Positions 60,314 through 64,000 of a stretch of DNA of 64,000 bases are shown here, in pieces. A program made the translations under genes and the position numbers. Under the pieces are notes generated by a model. It worked only from the letters and a program-made list of their open reading frames with translations. It was not told the origin of the DNA and made no database searches. Source of the DNA: Candidatus Pacearchaeota archaeon (lineage in GTDB: Archaea > Nanobdellota > Nanobdellia > Pacearchaeales > GW2011-AR1); contig JAFCEL010000001.1 of assembly GCA_017609205.1 (NCBI GenBank), forward strand, positions 214,183-278,182. The letters are read 5' to 3'. The stretch's first letter is position 1; each line of letters opens with the position of its first letter.

Positions 60314-61177
60314 ATGTTTGAATCAATAATCAATCCAAAAAGAAATGAAAGAGGGCCTATAAAGATGTTTTTTGTAGGGATTTTATTCGGTTCATTGTCC
60401 CTTATATTGGTCCACTTGTTTTTTTCTTCTGATTTTGTTCTATCCCAATACTCAGGAATGATTGTTGTAACATTTTGTGTGATGTTTTCTTTTCCTTATC
60501 TCTATTTTTTAATAAAACAAGAGGAGTCTGAAGACGAACAGGTTGAAGGAATTAGTGGTGTGTGGGGTGCTCATAAAGACGCTATATTTGCGTTTATGTG
60601 GCTATTCATAGGTTTTGTTGTTGCATTTTCTTTTTGGAATATCGCACTTAAAAATGATGATCTATTCGGCGCTCAACTAAAAACATATTGTATGATCAAT
60701 GACCCAGGACAAATAGATTCGTGCATTGCAAGGAATTCTCACAAAACAATTAACAATCTGCACACAGGAGCAGTTACAAAAGAAATGAGGTTGTTCTCAA
60801 TTATTGAAAATAATGTCTACGTAATGATATTTACACTCTTATTTTCATTAATCTTCGGAGCAGGAGCCATATTTGTCCTTGCGTGGAATGCAAGTGTAAT
60901 TGCTTCTGCAGTAGGTGTTTTTGCAGAATATCATTTTTCACAGATTCCTCTAGGGATTCTCAGATACATGGTTCATGGAGTTCCTGAAATTGCCGCATAT
61001 TTTGTAACAGCACTTGCAGGGGGAATTATTGGAGCAGGGGTTATAAGAAGACAAATAAAAGATAAAAGATTTCTTAGAATAATTGAGAATAGTATCATAC
61101 TTTTATTCATCGGAATAATTTTGCTTGTATTTGCAGCATTCGTTGAAGTCTACTTCACTCCAATGTTATTTAATTAA
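60314..61177 (+). CDS. SpoIIM-like (DUF95) membrane protein
   Basis: 'AWNASVIASAVG' and 'HGVPEIAAYFVTALAGGIIG' resemble the family signature. Confidence 0.55.
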   Translation: MFESIINPKRNERGPIKMFFVGILFGSLSLILVHLFFSSDFVLSQYSGMIVVTFCVMFSFPYLYFLIKQEESEDEQVEGISGVWGAHKDAIFAFMWLFIGFVVAFSFWNIALKNDDLFGAQLKTYCMINDPGQIDSCIARNSHKTINNLHTGAVTKEMRLFSIIENNVYVMIFTLLFSLIFGAGAIFVLAWNASVIASAVGVFAEYHFSQIPLGILRYMVHGVPEIAAYFVTALAGGIIGAGVIRRQIKDKRFLRIIENSIILLFIGIILLVFAAFVEVYFTPMLFN

Positions 61178-61178
61178 A

Positions 61179-61319
61179 ATGGTAAGATATAGATGCAAAA
61201 ATTGTAATTATTTTTTTGATTCAGAAAAGTTTCAGAAAAAGTGTCCTTATTGCGGAAAAGAGAGCGTTGAGAGAGAACTTGATGCAGAGGGAATCCTAAA
61301 AGAAATTAGTAAAACTTAA
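61179..61319 (+). CDS. 46-aa zinc-ribbon protein (FmdB-like CxxC...CxxC)
   Basis: From ATG 61179: MVRYRCKNCNYFFDSEKFQKKCPYCGKESVERELDAEGILKEISKT. The upstream part of the track ORF overlaps the previous gene. Confidence 0.5.
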   Translation: MVRYRCKNCNYFFDSEKFQKKCPYCGKESVERELDAEGILKEISKT

Positions 61320-61343
61320 AAATTCACGAGGCAATAGAATAAA

Positions 61344-62330
61344 ATGAATCCTTTGTTAATAATCTCTTTTCTGATAAGCTTTCTGGTCACCCTTTTTGCA
61401 ATGCCCTTTTGGATAAGAAAAGCAAAAAGTTTAGGTCTTATCTGGAATGATATGAATAAATTTCATCATCCAAAAAATGTTGTGGGTTCTGGAGGATTGA
61501 TGATGGTTTTTGGATTTATTATTGGAACTCTGAGCTACGTTGCAATGAATACTTTTTACTTTCGGACAACAGAAAGGTTAATTGAAATATTTTCTGCACT
61601 TTCATCCATTCTAATAGTTACGGGTATTGCTCTTCTCGACGATTTATTTGGTTGGCAGAAAGGCGGGCTTTCAAAAAGATCCAGAATCTTACTTGTTCTT
61701 ATTGCTGCAATTCCACTTATGGTTGTTAATGCAGGAGAATCTACAATGATGGGAATAAAATTCGGATTATTATATCCTTTATTATTGATCCCAATAGGAA
61801 TTCTTGGAGCAACAACAACTTATAACTTTTTAGCTGGATTCAACGGACTTGAAGCAAGCCAAGGAATTATAATCTTAACAGCTCTTGCAGGAGTAACGTA
61901 TCTAACAGGAAATAGTTGGTTGAGCATTGTGATTCTCTGTATGGTTGCCTCTTTGATGGCTTTTTATTTATTTAACAAATATCCTGCAAAGATATTTCCA
62001 GGAGATGTTTTAACATATCCTGTGGGGATAATGATTGCTATTGTAGCGATATTAGGAAATATAGAAAAAATTGCTGTCTTTTTTTTCATTCCATATATGA
62101 TTGAATTTTCGTTAAAGGCCCGAGGTAAATTTGAAAAGGAAAGTTTTGCAGAACCAAAACCTGATGGAAGCCTAGAACTAAAATACAATAAAGTTTATGG
62201 GCTTACTCATTTATCAATATATATTCTTAAAAAATTTAAAAAGAAAGTTTTTGAAAAAGATGTTGTTCTTTTAATAAATAGTTTCCAACTATTAATTATA
62301 TTAATAGGTTATCTCCTTTTTATTGTATAA
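61344..62330 (+). CDS. aglH: GT4-family polyprenyl-phosphate GlcNAc-1-phosphate transferase (AglH/WecA/MraY-like)
   Basis: 'LLDDLFGW', 'NFLAGFNGLEASQG', 'KIFPGDVLTYPVG' in a polytopic protein. Confidence 0.75.
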   Translation: MNPLLIISFLISFLVTLFAMPFWIRKAKSLGLIWNDMNKFHHPKNVVGSGGLMMVFGFIIGTLSYVAMNTFYFRTTERLIEIFSALSSILIVTGIALLDDLFGWQKGGLSKRSRILLVLIAAIPLMVVNAGESTMMGIKFGLLYPLLLIPIGILGATTTYNFLAGFNGLEASQGIIILTALAGVTYLTGNSWLSIVILCMVASLMAFYLFNKYPAKIFPGDVLTYPVGIMIAIVAILGNIEKIAVFFFIPYMIEFSLKARGKFEKESFAEPKPDGSLELKYNKVYGLTHLSIYILKKFKKKVFEKDVVLLINSFQLLIILIGYLLFIV

Positions 62331-62363
62331 AAAGTTTTTAAAGAAGAGATCTTTTGAAAAATA

Positions 62364-64000
62364 ATGGATAAAAACAAAACAGAAATAGAGGGGGAAAAGG
62401 ATATTGCTGAAGGAGACAGCAACAACAAAAAAATAAAAATTGAAAAGGACAAGAACGAAACCATAACCAATAAAAAATCCAAAGAAGAACAAAAAATAAT
62501 CAATTTCTTCAAAAGTAAAAAAGGGCAATGGATTGGTGTTGGAATTTTGCTATTATTCATAATTATTTTCAGCTCATGGATAAGAGTTCAGAATTTATCT
62601 TTGCTTGTGGATTCTACGACAGGAGAATATATTCCAACAGCTCTTGACCCTTTTTATTTTCTGAGAATTGCTGATACTCTTGTTAATAACGGAGGAGAAC
62701 TTCCAGTAATCGACGAAATGAGACATCCAGGAGGAAATGTTCCATTCATAAAAGAGATTCTGCCACAAGCGATTGTCTTAATATGGAAAATTTCAAAGAT
62801 ATGCGGAGATTATAGTTTACAATATATCGACGTTATTTCTCCTGTTATATTTTATATATTGGGATTAATAGCATTCTTTTTTCTAATTTATGTTCTAACC
62901 AACTCAAAGATAGTTGCCATCTTAAGCTCCTTTTTTCTTTCGATAATCCCTTCATACCTTTATAGAACAATGGCTGGTTTTGCAGACCATGAAGCAATAG
63001 GTATGTTCTCATTTTTTTTGACATTAATAGCTTATACTTATTCCTTAAGATTCTTAGATAAAGATAGGAATTACAAAAAACAATTAGCAAAAAACATTGG
63101 TTTTTCTATGCTCCTGGGGATTTTGACAGCTTTAACCATTTTAAGCTGGGGAGGTGTTTCAACATATCTCTTCATGATAATCCCATTTTGTTTTTTTATA
63201 TTCTGGATTATTAAAGTAAAAGAGAATAAGCGCTATCTGGCTAACCTTATTCTATTCTATTCTGGTTGGTTATTTTTCTCAATTATTTTTGGATCTCTAA
63301 CAGGGAATAAAATAACTTACCTAATTCAATCAAAATTATTAAGTTCAAGCGGATTGGGAAGCTTATTTGTCTTAGGATTCATTATTGTAGATTATTTATT
63401 AATAACAAAAGAAAGTCTATTAATAAAAGATAAAAGAATAAAGAAATTTAGAATCTTTTTTAGTTTAATTATAGTAAGTATCTTAGGTCTTTTATTTCTC
63501 GTTATTTACAAACAAGATTTTGGAGTTTTAGCAGATATTTTTAACAGACTCCTCCATCCCTTTGGAACAGATAGGGTTGGATTAACTGTTGCAGAAAACA
63601 AACAACCATATTTAAGAGATTGGATAGATCAAATAGGAAAAACCATTTTCTTATTATTTTATTTTGGACTATTATTTATTGGATTCAATCTATCTAAAGG
63701 TCTAAGAAGTAAAAAAGATTCGATTTATTTTTCTATCTTTTGGACAATCTTTATCTCAGGAATTCTATTCAGCAGAATCTCCCGCTCTTCAATGATAGAT
63801 GGAACAAATCCCCTAAGTAAATTCATCTACTTCGGAAGTATAATTCTTTTTGCAGGATATTTTTTAAAAATTTACCTTAATAAAGAAATAAAAGTTAAGC
63901 CAGAGATGATGATAATCTCCTCATGGATGTTCTTTATGCTAATATCTGGAAGAGGTGCAATAAGATTATTTTTTGTTGTGACACCTTTTATTTGTTTTAT
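62364..64000 (+). CDS. aglB: oligosaccharyltransferase AglB/STT3 (5' part, runs off the window)
   Basis: Not in the track because it is open at the window end. My translation from ATG 62364 stays open where I read it. 'ALDPFYFLRIA' and 'MAGFADHEAIG' match the first two STT3 acidic-loop motifs. Many TM helices. Confidence 0.7.
   Translation, partial: MDKNKTEIEGEKDIAEGDSNNKKIKIEKDKNETITNKKSKEEQKIINFFKSKKGQWIGVGILLLFIIIFSSWIRVQNLSLLVDSTTGEYIPTALDPFYFLRIADTLVNNGGELPVIDEMRHPGGNVPFIKEILPQAIVLIWKISKICGDYSLQYIDVISPVIFYILGLIAFFFLIYVLTNSKIVAILSSFFLSIIPSYLYRTMAGFADHEAIGMFSFFLTLIAYTYSLRFLDKDRNYKKQLAKNIGFSMLLGILTALTILSWGGVSTYLFMIIPFCFFIFWIIKVKENKRYLANLILFYSGWLFFSIIFGSLTGNKITYLIQSKLLSSSGLGSLFVLGFIIVDYLLITKESLLIKDKRIKKFRIFFSLIIVSILGLLFLVIYKQDFGVLADIFNRLLHPFGTDRVGLTVAENKQPYLRDWIDQIGKTIFLLFYFGLLFIGFNLSKGLRSKKDSIYFSIFWTIFISGILFSRISRSSMIDGTNPLSKFIYFGSIILFAGYFLKIYLNKEIKVKPEMMIISSWMFFMLISGRGAIRLFFVVTPFICF

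Noticed and set aside
62301-62560. 75-aa and 83-aa minus-strand ORFs
   Set aside because: Antisense to the 5' end of the AglB/STT3 gene, which stays open to the window end and carries STT3 motifs.
1-64000. CRISPR arrays, transposases or IS elements, and diversity-generating retroelements (looked for because DGRs are known in DPANN)
   Set aside because: I found no regularly spaced direct repeats, no transposase, integrase or reverse-transcriptase motifs, and no long near-identical template/variable repeat pair. The only long paralogy (7840-10100 versus 12458-14701) is diverged at the DNA level.

Overview
AT-rich (roughly 30% G+C by eye, not computed), very gene-dense archaeal chromosome segment with a standard genetic code. 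Many gene junctions overlap (ATGA/TAATG). Starts use either GGAGG-type Shine-Dalgarno sites or TATA boxes about 22 nt upstream, which implies leaderless mRNAs. The gene content points to a small-genome DPANN-type archaeon (Pacearchaeota/Woesearchaeota-like): a fused PriS-PriL(CTD) primase, a miniature archaeosortase, FtsZ plus SepF, AMP phosphorylase, and many short lineage-specific ORFs.

Layout:
- 1-7.6 kb: chromatin and replication genes (histone-fold protein, Hjc-like nuclease, primase, PCNA) and three secreted surface proteins.
- 7.7-17.2 kb: three tightly coupled sub-operons encoding six prepilin-like (class III signal peptide) proteins and two giant cysteine-rich secreted proteins, opened by an RHH regulator. 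This is the best candidate for an undescribed surface system.
- 17.5-24.7 kb: S-layer-like gene with a long leader, two paralogous anchored proteins, and a surface protein / archaeosortase / DedA operon.
- 25-37 kb: dph2-like, sepF, pfdB, rpoP, L37Ae, tRNA-Pro, L11, spt5, secE, ftsZ, FKBP, aIF5A, L40e, S2P protease, a 38-aa AKKK-repeat micro-protein, TYW1/Taw1, L1-P0-P1 and tRNA-Thr.
- 37-43 kb: XPD-like helicase, intron-containing tRNA-Ser, AMP phosphorylase and an AI-2E-type permease.
- 43.3-58.4 kb: the archaeal L3-to-SecY ribosomal super-operon, interrupted at five positions by six co-oriented non-ribosomal ORFs, one of them a DEDDh exonuclease.
- 58.4-64 kb: DUF106/YidC-like insertase, pfdA, R15P-isomerase-like gene, SpoIIM-like gene, zinc-ribbon ORF, AglH-like GT4 and the 5' part of AglB/STT3.

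No rRNA, CRISPR array, transposase or integrase was seen. All family assignments come from reading motifs by eye; no database search was possible.
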